NCBI GenBank assembly: GCA_045589295.1
Contig: JAZNOU010000012.1
Location: 1-64,000 of the forward strand
Direction of reading: 5' to 3'
DNA from: Clostridia bacterium
GTDB taxonomy: Bacteria > Bacillota > Clostridia > RGIG6154
DNA length: 64,000 bases
In this document: piece after piece, positions 43,199 through 51,252 of the stretch
Layout of the letters: each line of letters begins with the position of its first letter
How positions within the stretch are numbered: the stretch's first letter is position 1
Translations under genes and position numbers: made by a program
The notes under the pieces: model-generated
What the model saw: only the letters and a program-made list of their open reading frames with translations
Told to the model about the DNA's origin: nothing
The model's database searches: none

Positions 43199-43600
43199 TT
43201 AGGCACTTTTTAAAATCTTTTCTACTTTTCGTGTATATTCATTAAAAATCGGATATTTCTTCAAAAACCAAGCTTTGATTTCACCATAAGTTGCAGTTGC
43301 GGCAAGTTCAGTAATCTCCCATTCTTCGTTACGACCACAAAGAATGCAGAAGTCTTTCATAATCTCTTTTTCTTCGTTGTCATGGTTTTCAATGTATTTT
43401 TTCATATAGTCAATTGTTAAGCCTTTGAATGAATTATTTTTCTTTCCTGAATTTATTGCAACGACCTTGAAATTAGGGAAGTCGGCACGCGCCGCTTTTA
43501 ACATATTGTATTCGTCTGATCCAAAAATACTTGCTTTGTTTGAAAATGATTTTGCTACCTCAATTGTTCTGTTTTTTTCATTGATTTTGATATTGTTCAT
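43199..43600 (-). CDS. Hypothetical protein, paralog of 42785-43165
   Basis: Same shared motifs; SD GAGG. Confidence 0.75.
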   Translation of the reverse strand: MNNIKINEKNRTIEVAKSFSNKASIFGSDEYNMLKAARADFPNFKVVAINSGKKNNSFKGLTIDYMKKYIENHDNEEKEIMKDFCILCGRNEEWEITELAATATYGEIKAWFLKKYPIFNEYTRKVEKILKSA

Positions 43601-43675
43601 AATTATTTACCTCATTTCTAAAATTTTTAAATTAAATTTGAAATTTTTCCTTTCTTTGTTAATAAATTTTTTGTT

Positions 43676-43912
43676 TTAATTATTATTTTCTTGTTGATTC
43701 ATGAATTCAATGTAATCGAATTTGATTTTCTTCTGCATAAGTAAGTATTCTGTTTTGCCTTGCGGCACATCGTTGATTACTTTATGCATTGCGGCAATCC
43801 ATTTGCATTTTTCAATATCTTCTTCTGTTGGATTGCTTAATGATATTTCCTCAATGTCATAAGACATTTTAAGGATTTTATCATAAAGACGTTGGTAATC
43901 TTTTAACTGCAT
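43676..43912 (-). CDS. Hypothetical protein
   Basis: SD AGGAGG; overlaps the upstream ORF in the same operon. Confidence 0.6.
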   Translation of the reverse strand: MQLKDYQRLYDKILKMSYDIEEISLSNPTEEDIEKCKWIAAMHKVINDVPQGKTEYLLMQKKIKFDYIEFMNQQENNN

Positions 43913-44157
43913 ATTCTTATCCTCCTTTCTATTAAAAATATATTGTTTAAGGGAAGCGGCTTTACATCGGAAACTATCACTTCTTTATAGTCTGGGTATT
44001 TCTTTTTATACTGAAAATACATTTTGGTTGAATACATTCCCAGATCGTTGAGATTTTTGACTGTTTCTTCTGGTAATCGTAATTGCTTCTTTCTTAAATC
44101 GGCAGTTACCGGACAAACCAGAAATAATTGATTTGTTTCTTTTTTGTTGTTCTTCAT
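43903..44157 (-). CDS. Hypothetical protein
   Basis: First ORF of the leftward small-gene operon; SD-like GCAGGT. Confidence 0.55.
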   Translation of the reverse strand: MKNNKKETNQLFLVCPVTADLRKKQLRLPEETVKNLNDLGMYSTKMYFQYKKKYPDYKEVIVSDVKPLPLNNIFLIERRIRICS

Positions 44158-44591
44158 TTTAATACCTGCTTTCTAGTATGTTTTTTATTAAGAGGGTTTT
44201 GCTTTCTTCCCCTCTCTGTGATTTTATTATAGCATTTTGACAAAAAGGATGTGTCGTTATAATGGTAATTTTTAAACAATTTTAAAAAAGTTTTTAGAAT
44301 ATTTTTTAAGGGAAGCGGCAAGTACATATTTGCCGAATAGAAAGAAGGTTTTAAAATGATGTTTAAAAGATGTTAAATTGATGTTTGCATCTGGAATAAA
44401 AGTTATTTAAAAGATGAATGAATCTGTATAGAAATATGTTTTGACAGAAGATATAACTTTGTGTTATAATGTGGGTAATGAATCACACTATTGATGGTGA
44501 TAACTATAAATTATTAATTGAAAAAGACTGTAATATCAAGGGTTGAATGTTCCGGCTTCCTTTCATCAAGACCACGAAGTGGGCTTGATAT

Positions 44592-44684
44592 GTTGAAATG
44601 ATGGGTCTCATTGGCGCTGGTAACAACCCAATGGTTGGTATGACTGTTGCAGTTGCAGTTGCTGTAGAAGAGGCTTCAAAATAA
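44592..44684 (+). repeat. attR: displaced 3' end of the GGGtGRT gene
   Basis: Encodes VEMMGLIGAGNNPMVGMTVAVAVAVEEASK*; followed by a terminator-like hairpin at ~44710-44754. Confidence 0.92.
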
Positions 44685-44821
44685 TTTAAGAATTATATTA
44701 TGATGATTTTACGGGGGAAAACCGCATCGACAAAGAAAGCGGTTTCCCCCGTACTCTTTTTTTAAATAATTTTGTAAAAAAAAGGCTGTTTTTTAGACAG
44801 CCTTTTTGATTTAAATTAAAC

Positions 44822-45106
44822 TCACTTATATACAATTATAACTTGTTTATTTAAATCTTGATACCATTCAATAGTATCATCGAAGGTTTCCTTGATATAA
44901 GGAAATTCATATGCAGGAATTCTTGGTAGATTATTACTTCCAATAACCGTAATATGAGCAGGTGCTTCCATATGTCCTGTAAGCATATCCCAGATGGCAT
45001 CGGGATTTTCTCCGCACCATTCGGGAAAGTCAAGCCCCTTGATAATTCTTTGATAAAAGGCTGATAAATCTGTCACATTTGTAAAGTCGATAGTGTAATA
45101 ATTCAT
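44822..45106 (-). CDS. Barstar-family ribonuclease inhibitor, copy 2
   Basis: FPEWCGENPDAIWDMLTG; close paralog of 1993-2277. Confidence 0.9.
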   Translation of the reverse strand: MNYYTIDFTNVTDLSAFYQRIIKGLDFPEWCGENPDAIWDMLTGHMEAPAHITVIGSNNLPRIPAYEFPYIKETFDDTIEWYQDLNKQVIIVYK

Positions 45107-45115
45107 ATTTCCCTC

Positions 45116-45646
45116 CTAAATGATTTCATAAAAAGTGTTATAATGGTCATAGGTTACAAATAAGAGTCCGTCATTTGAATACAAAAGTCTGTGAGTATTT
45201 CTGAACCCACCTATATAATTTATATCCGCTTCATACCACACTCTTCCTGGTTTTTCGGGAAGTTTGTGCTTTCTGTCTCGAAATATGTCTCCGCCCATTG
45301 TTGCCCACGGAAGAACCGATCTTAAATTTCCTTTACGCTTGTCCCAACCGTGTTTTTCCGCATATTTTTTATCCACATAGTTTTTCGGTAATTCTCCATA
45401 CATTTTCAGCGACATATCTGCTCCTGAAAGTCCGTTTATTGTAGCAGTACCGCTATATATAGCGCCAAGAGGTGCTAAAGTGCAGCGACAATTAGGGTGC
45501 AAAGGGGGAGTAAATAAATCGTAAACTGCAAAAATTCTTAAATTAAGTTTAAGACATCTTTCGCATGTGGTAGGTGAAATTTTTACATACCAACAGTTCC
45601 AATTTTCACTTTTGGTTATTGCAGGATTTAGATTGTTATCACCCAA
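45116..45646 (-). CDS. Barnase-family RNase toxin with an N-terminal MuF-type CxxC...PPLHPNCRC motif
   Basis: TCERC...PPLHPNCRC; WYEADINY.GGFRN.HRLLYS.DG...DHY retains the barnase catalytic E, R, R and H. Confidence 0.85.
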   Translation of the reverse strand: MGDNNLNPAITKSENWNCWYVKISPTTCERCLKLNLRIFAVYDLFTPPLHPNCRCTLAPLGAIYSGTATINGLSGADMSLKMYGELPKNYVDKKYAEKHGWDKRKGNLRSVLPWATMGGDIFRDRKHKLPEKPGRVWYEADINYIGGFRNTHRLLYSNDGLLFVTYDHYNTFYEII

Positions 45647-46325
45647 AATAGTATCGTTCCTTTCTTTTTTAAAGTAAATAACGTTATTTTAGGTGTGATT
45701 ATAACATATAGGTAATGTGACATTCAAGGACAAGATTTATTTTATACTAATTACAGGTTTGCGTCAAGTAAAGAAAAAAGATTTGCAAGGTTACATGAAT
45801 TGAGCTATAATGTGTGGCAAATGACACGCAGATGATGTGGACAATGTCGGAGCAAACAGGGCTTTGGCTATGAGAAATACCCACTCGCAAGAGTGGGTAT
45901 TTTGAATGCAGCGTAGTTTGCTGCGACGTGGTGGAGATGAAATGTACTTTCACAGTTTCACTAACAAAACCCGTAAAGCCTATGAAACTCTATGGTGTCG
46001 GACAATTTCTACATACCATTTCACAACAGATTTTGACATCTGTTTCATCCTTCTCTCGACCGCCATTTGGTGTGTGCAAATTTTTTGGATTTTCTGTTGG
46101 TGGAAACCATCGAACACAGAGAGTTTCAAAACTGCATTTTCTTCATCACGAAAGCCATCTCTCTTTTTGCGATGGCTTTGTTTTATTAGTAATGTATATT
46201 AAACCTTTTTAAGATTACACTTAACAAAATAACCTAAAGTAAATCAGTAAATTTGACTTTACATCATGATTTAAATATGATATAATTATAATTAAATCAT
46301 GGAATAAATTAAAAGGAGGATATTT

Positions 46326-46517
46326 ATGAATAAAACTCCATCTCTTTGTGGTCGCCCATCTGGAAGAAAAAAGACTGCTAAAATTGAAGTTGTTATTGAA
46401 CCAGAAATAAAAGAAAAATTTATGAAAATTATTTCAAACGAAGGAAAGACAGCATCGGCTGAAATAGGATGTTGGATTAGAAAATATATCAAAGAAATGA
46501 ATACAGATAATATATGA
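46326..46517 (+). CDS. Small ribbon-helix-helix-like protein, possible R-M controller
   Basis: SD AAGGAGG; GRP...KIEVVIEPEIKEKF...ASAEIGCWIRKYI. Confidence 0.6.
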   Translation: MNKTPSLCGRPSGRKKTAKIEVVIEPEIKEKFMKIISNEGKTASAEIGCWIRKYIKEMNTDNI

Positions 46518-46558
46518 TATTTAAATTATGTATTTTGTGAAAGAAAAGGAGTTTAGAT

Positions 46559-48151
46559 ATGGATAAAAACCGTTTAACAGGTTCCTATTATACATCACAA
46601 AAGATTGCTCAGTATATGGTTAATTGGGCAATAAGAAGTGCAGATGATTTATTTCTGGAGCCTTCATTTGGCGATGGTGTTTTCATAGATGCTGCATTAA
46701 CTAGATATTCGAATTTGGGAAATAATTCACCGAGTATTATAGGCGTTGAATTGCAACCAACTATTTATTCAAAATATATGGATTTATCTGCTGATGGCAT
46801 TGAAGGATACTGCCAAGATTTTCTGACTTTTACTCCAAACTCAGAAATCACGGCGGCTGTTGGAAACCCTCCGTACGTAAGGCTAAGAAATCTCGATGAA
46901 AATTCTAAAACTATTGCAATAGATTGCACAGCAAAAAATAAAGTAAAGATGCTTACTAGTGGCAGTTTATGGATGCCTTTTACAATTCACAGCACTTCAA
47001 TGTTGGCAAATGGTGGTCGACTCGCTTTTGTTTTACCTTTTGAGCTTACCTATGTTAAATATGCACACTCATTGTGGAGTTTTCTAGGGGAGAACTATGG
47101 GGAACTGAAAATCATACGCATACATGAAGACTTCTTCCCTGATGTAGATGTTGAAACAATCATCTTGCTGGCAGATAATAAGGGTGGCAGTACTTCAACA
47201 ATTGATTTTTTAGTATATGAAAATGTTGATAATATGTTTGCTCAAAATACATCTTTGCAATCACAAATTAATATTTCAGATATAATACATGGTAAAAAAC
47301 CATTTGTATTGTCATTATTGAACACAGAACAACGTGCGATGCTAGAAAATATACGTAATAAGCAAATTGTTACGCCTCTTGTTGATGTTTGCAAATTTAA
47401 TATTGGTTATGTGTGCGCTGATAAGGAGTTTTTTCATCCAACTTCAGCAACACAAATAAGTTTTAATATTCCAAAGGACAATATGATTCCTTGCATTAGC
47501 AATGCTAAAGAAATTAATGGTGGCACAAATATTGGTGCAGTTGTGGAAACAGACAAATGCAAGAGCCGTCTATATTTGCCAAAAGAAATAACCAAATCAG
47601 ATAAAAAGTATATTAAACATGGCGTTGATAAAGGCGTTAATTTACGATACAAATGCCAGCAACGTAGTCCTTGGTATATAACCCCGAATGTTGAAATTCC
47701 AGAACTGATACTAACGGTATTTGGTGATGCCCCAAAATTAATTGCCAATAAGGGCAAATATGCAGTATCTAACAGTTTACTTGCTGGGCGCATTGTTTCT
47801 GAGATTACGGCTGAACAAATCATATGTATGTGGTATAATAGTCTTACTTTGTTATCCATTGAGTTGAATATTCATTCATTGGGCGGAGGTGTATTAGTAC
47901 TTATTCCTGGTGAGACGGACAAATTAGAAATAATAAATAAAATTCCTGATAAATATACCGAAAAAGTATTAAGGCAAATTGACGAATGTATTAAAACGCA
48001 AGGTGTTCAAGCTGCATATGAACTAGGGGATACATTAGTGCTTAAAAATATTCTTGGATTTTCAAATGAGCAAATTAATCAAATTAAAGATGCGGTTTCG
48101 TTGTTGCAATTTTGGAGAAAGCCTGAAATACGGCGTAATAAAAACAGGTGA
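46559..48151 (+). CDS. N6-adenine DNA methyltransferase (gamma-type order)
   Basis: GSYYT, FLEPSFGDGVF (motif I), GNPPY (motif IV), C-terminal TRD region. Confidence 0.9.
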   Translation: MDKNRLTGSYYTSQKIAQYMVNWAIRSADDLFLEPSFGDGVFIDAALTRYSNLGNNSPSIIGVELQPTIYSKYMDLSADGIEGYCQDFLTFTPNSEITAAVGNPPYVRLRNLDENSKTIAIDCTAKNKVKMLTSGSLWMPFTIHSTSMLANGGRLAFVLPFELTYVKYAHSLWSFLGENYGELKIIRIHEDFFPDVDVETIILLADNKGGSTSTIDFLVYENVDNMFAQNTSLQSQINISDIIHGKKPFVLSLLNTEQRAMLENIRNKQIVTPLVDVCKFNIGYVCADKEFFHPTSATQISFNIPKDNMIPCISNAKEINGGTNIGAVVETDKCKSRLYLPKEITKSDKKYIKHGVDKGVNLRYKCQQRSPWYITPNVEIPELILTVFGDAPKLIANKGKYAVSNSLLAGRIVSEITAEQIICMWYNSLTLLSIELNIHSLGGGVLVLIPGETDKLEIINKIPDKYTEKVLRQIDECIKTQGVQAAYELGDTLVLKNILGFSNEQINQIKDAVSLLQFWRKPEIRRNKNR

Positions 48152-48170
48152 GTTTACTCACCTGTTTTTA
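48139..48170. terminator. Bidirectional terminator between the convergent R-M genes
   Basis: TAAAAACAGGTGAG-TTTA-CTCACCTGTTTTTA. Confidence 0.75.
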
Positions 48171-48172
48171 TA

Positions 48173-48901
48173 TTATCTTTTTTTAATTGGATTGAAAATA
48201 TTTCGATTATTATGGGTATCAATTAACTTATCAAAGAAATTTTGAATCTGCAGAATTTCTTTTGTTGGCAACAATACTGGTGGATTTTGTGTAAAATCAA
48301 CTTTTAAAAATGCAAAATGTTCATATTTATCGTGTGCATCTCTCCAATCAGAACGCCCAGTAATTTTCTCAAAAAGATTTTCTGCTTTATCAAGCTTTAC
48401 CTCTTCAGTTAAACCTGGCTTAATTGGTGCTGTAGGTAACAGGTACACATAACCGATGGTAGCCATTGGAAAACGGTCATGAAGAGAAATACATTCACCA
48501 ATTATACCTTCATAATAGTTTTCAAGATTTTTCGCAACCGAAGACATTTGACTGCGAACGCCTATAATGATTTGAGGACCATTCGCATAATGTGAAAGCA
48601 CAATATCAGCATCTTTATTCTTGTGAGAACCAAACAATGTAGCTTCTTGCATTATTTGAAGACCATTCGTTGCTATATTCACCCTTGGATAATGTGGTAT
48701 GTCCTTTGAGCGAACCATGTCACTTAAAGGGATGTATTGGATATTCACGCTTGGGTCAATAATGTTTTTTAACTGTTCTATGCAGTATTGATGTAATGGA
48801 AAGATAAAATTAGAGCCACGGACTGAAGCTACAGGGTCGTTTAAATAAATCTCCTTCATATTTGTCAAACAATTTATAAGTTCTGTCATGTTAGCGGGCA
48901 T
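48173..48901 (-). CDS. Putative type II restriction endonuclease
   Basis: Convergent with the MTase; KDADIVL...IGVRSQMSS..KN..N..E..IGE resembles PD-(D/E)xK-type REases. Confidence 0.6.
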   Translation of the reverse strand: MPANMTELINCLTNMKEIYLNDPVASVRGSNFIFPLHQYCIEQLKNIIDPSVNIQYIPLSDMVRSKDIPHYPRVNIATNGLQIMQEATLFGSHKNKDADIVLSHYANGPQIIIGVRSQMSSVAKNLENYYEGIIGECISLHDRFPMATIGYVYLLPTAPIKPGLTEEVKLDKAENLFEKITGRSDWRDAHDKYEHFAFLKVDFTQNPPVLLPTKEILQIQNFFDKLIDTHNNRNIFNPIKKR

Positions 48902-49051
48902 AATAACACCATCCTTTTTTATTAATTATACCACACATTTACAATTTTTTCTACATTTTGTTGAAATATATATGCTAACACGCTGTTACTAATATAGACA
49001 ATTCTATAAATGAGGATGATATTTACAAAAAATGTTTGACCTATTTGTACA

Positions 49052-50605
49052 TTATGCAGATTTTTTATGTTCCTTTTTATGTTCCGAAGATGTTTTGAGT
49101 GTGATTTCAACTCTGTCATGGTGCACAACAATTTCATCAACAAAGCTACGGATTAGCTTTCTGCACACAAGCAGGTCTTTCTTCAAAAGATATTTTTTAA
49201 ATAACTTCTTAACCTTATCTATCTCATCGGAAGTTACGGTATCAGCTTTATAGTTATTATAGTATTCATATTTATTATTAAGAGCTATCTTCTTATTTTC
49301 AAGCTCTTTGAGTTTATCGGTTAATGACTCTAAATTATCAGATTGTATCAATGCATCAGTTAACTTATTTATAGCAATATCAAGCTGTGTGAGTTCATTT
49401 TTTATAGATTTTTTCTTGTTGATTGACAGAACATTTCTCTTTTCAATTTTCTCATTCAGAGCCTTCAATATCCGTCTGTAATTTTTTTCATCAAATATTA
49501 TATCGAGAAGTAAATCAAGAACAAAATCGTTTAAATACTTAATATTTACCGCTTTATTCTTGCATCCGTCTCTGTACGCACCACATCTGTATGTTGCGTA
49601 TTCTGTCTTGTTTCTTCCTGAAAAACTTGTGTTGCCTGTGTAGGCTTTGCCACACTCTCCGCAGACAATCAAGCCGTTAAGCAGATAGTATCTTTTACTG
49701 TGATATGTACCTGCAATTTCTCTATTGGCTTCTTTCTTAGCTAAAAATTTATTATATGTTTCATCATCAATTATCCTTGGCATACCATCAGGAATTCTAA
49801 TTATCTCGCTATCGTCCTTGTATCTGTGAGAGTTGCGAGTTCCATCATTATATTTTGAAGCGGCTCTGTTATAGATGTATACTCCTGTGTATCTCTCTGC
49901 GTTTTCAAGAATTGAGCTAAAGGAATTTTTATTAAATGGTAATTCCTTCTTGGTGGTATATCCATTTTTATTAAGATAATCCGCTATTTGTTTATATGAG
50001 TAATCATTTATATACATCTGAAAAATGAGTTTAACAACTCTGCTTTCTTTATCATTATTAATATACTTTCTATCCTCGCCTACATCGTAACCATATGGTG
50101 GCAATCCACCAACATGCCAACAGTTGTATGCCGCTTCTTTCTTTCCTTTTTGTACCTCTGTTGCGAGATTTCTGCTAAAGTAATCACTCAGAGAAAACAT
50201 CATGTTTCTTGTAAATACACTTGCAGGCGAAGCATCATTAGGCTCTGTAACACTAATTAACTTAACCCCGAGTTTCTCTAACATACATTCATAAGTATGT
50301 GCATTATTCATGTTTCGTGAAAACCTGTCGAACTTGTGTACTACAACAGCATATATGCCTGCCTTTTTTGCTTCTTTCATCATCTGCTGAAAGGCTTCTC
50401 GGTCATCGGTGGTCGCAGATTTTGCCTCGTCAACAAATTCCTTTTCAATTATGTAGCCTTGCTTTTTGCAAAATTCACGGATGGCTCTGCGTTGGGCATC
50501 AATTGACATTGGATTTTGCATGTTAGACGAGTATCTCATATATATGAAAACTCTTTTTAAAAACCTTCTGTCTGTCGGTCTGTTTTTCTTCTTTTTCTTA
50601 GTCAT
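49052..50605 (-). CDS. Large serine recombinase 1
   Basis: YMRYSS, DRFSR, PPYGY, Zn ribbon CGECG...YRC...C, coiled coil. Confidence 0.95.
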   Translation of the reverse strand: MTKKKKKNRPTDRRFLKRVFIYMRYSSNMQNPMSIDAQRRAIREFCKKQGYIIEKEFVDEAKSATTDDREAFQQMMKEAKKAGIYAVVVHKFDRFSRNMNNAHTYECMLEKLGVKLISVTEPNDASPASVFTRNMMFSLSDYFSRNLATEVQKGKKEAAYNCWHVGGLPPYGYDVGEDRKYINNDKESRVVKLIFQMYINDYSYKQIADYLNKNGYTTKKELPFNKNSFSSILENAERYTGVYIYNRAASKYNDGTRNSHRYKDDSEIIRIPDGMPRIIDDETYNKFLAKKEANREIAGTYHSKRYYLLNGLIVCGECGKAYTGNTSFSGRNKTEYATYRCGAYRDGCKNKAVNIKYLNDFVLDLLLDIIFDEKNYRRILKALNEKIEKRNVLSINKKKSIKNELTQLDIAINKLTDALIQSDNLESLTDKLKELENKKIALNNKYEYYNNYKADTVTSDEIDKVKKLFKKYLLKKDLLVCRKLIRSFVDEIVVHHDRVEITLKTSSEHKKEHKKSA

Positions 50606-50780
50606 TTTTTAGTGCCTTCTTTCTGATATGTTTTAATATTCTGTAAATTACGGGAACAGGTGTTTTGAGTTTTAACTTTTCGTCAAAACTGCCTTTAATG
50701 ATTTTGATTTTAACATTTGAATATTCTTCGTTGTATAGACTTTCTCTGTCGATGATATATCTGGCAATCAAGTTTATCAC
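50598..50780 (-). CDS. Small basic hypothetical protein overlapping the LSR1 start
   Basis: SD GGGGGTG; stop overlaps the recombinase start. Confidence 0.55.
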   Translation of the reverse strand: MINLIARYIIDRESLYNEEYSNVKIKIIKGSFDEKLKLKTPVPVIYRILKHIRKKALKND

Positions 50781-50805
50781 CCCCTTTCTTTGCCTTTTAT
50801 TGATA

Positions 50806-51204
50806 CTATTTAATCTTCACAAACGCTGTCACAATTCCATTGATGCTTTTTACCTTTACATTATCAAACGACATAGATGTTCGTTCGCTAAAATCGAGGC
50901 CGAAAATTACTGTTATGTATTTTACCAAAGCGGCATTATATACAATTCCTTTTCCTTTATTTGATACAGAATACTTGTTGCCTGCTTCATCTATGTCCGC
51001 AGCAATTATCAGGAATCCATTACCGACATCTGCTGCAAGCTTTATAAATTCAGGCTTTCCCAATGCTTCAAACAGGCTCTTGGATAAGGTGAGTCGCTTG
51101 CCATTATCACAGAATACCAATGATACGGATTTTGTTGATTTACCCCCTTTCTCGCTTGATACGTTAATAGCTTTTGCGTTAGCTAAAATTTCTTGTGCTT
51201 TCAT
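50806..51204 (-). CDS. Hypothetical beta-rich protein
   Basis: SD AAGGAAG; between the helicase and LSR1; NGKRLTLSKSLFEALG is AbrB-like in pattern. Confidence 0.65.
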   Translation of the reverse strand: MKAQEILANAKAINVSSEKGGKSTKSVSLVFCDNGKRLTLSKSLFEALGKPEFIKLAADVGNGFLIIAADIDEAGNKYSVSNKGKGIVYNAALVKYITVIFGLDFSERTSMSFDNVKVKSINGIVTAFVKIK

Positions 51205-51252
51205 AGCACAACACTTCCTTTCATTTTATATTTTAAATAATAATGATATTAT

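Larger units (their letters stand above)
30844..44684. mobile_element. ~13.8-kb tyrosine-integrase element integrated in the GGGtGRT 3' end
   Basis: 93-bp direct repeat (30844-30936 vs 44592-44684, 87/93 identical); integrase immediately inside. Confidence 0.9.

Noticed and set aside
45747-46212. ORFs 45747-45953, 45906-46202, 45928-46212
   Set aside because: They span the att and hairpin region, with no SD and no recognisable motifs.
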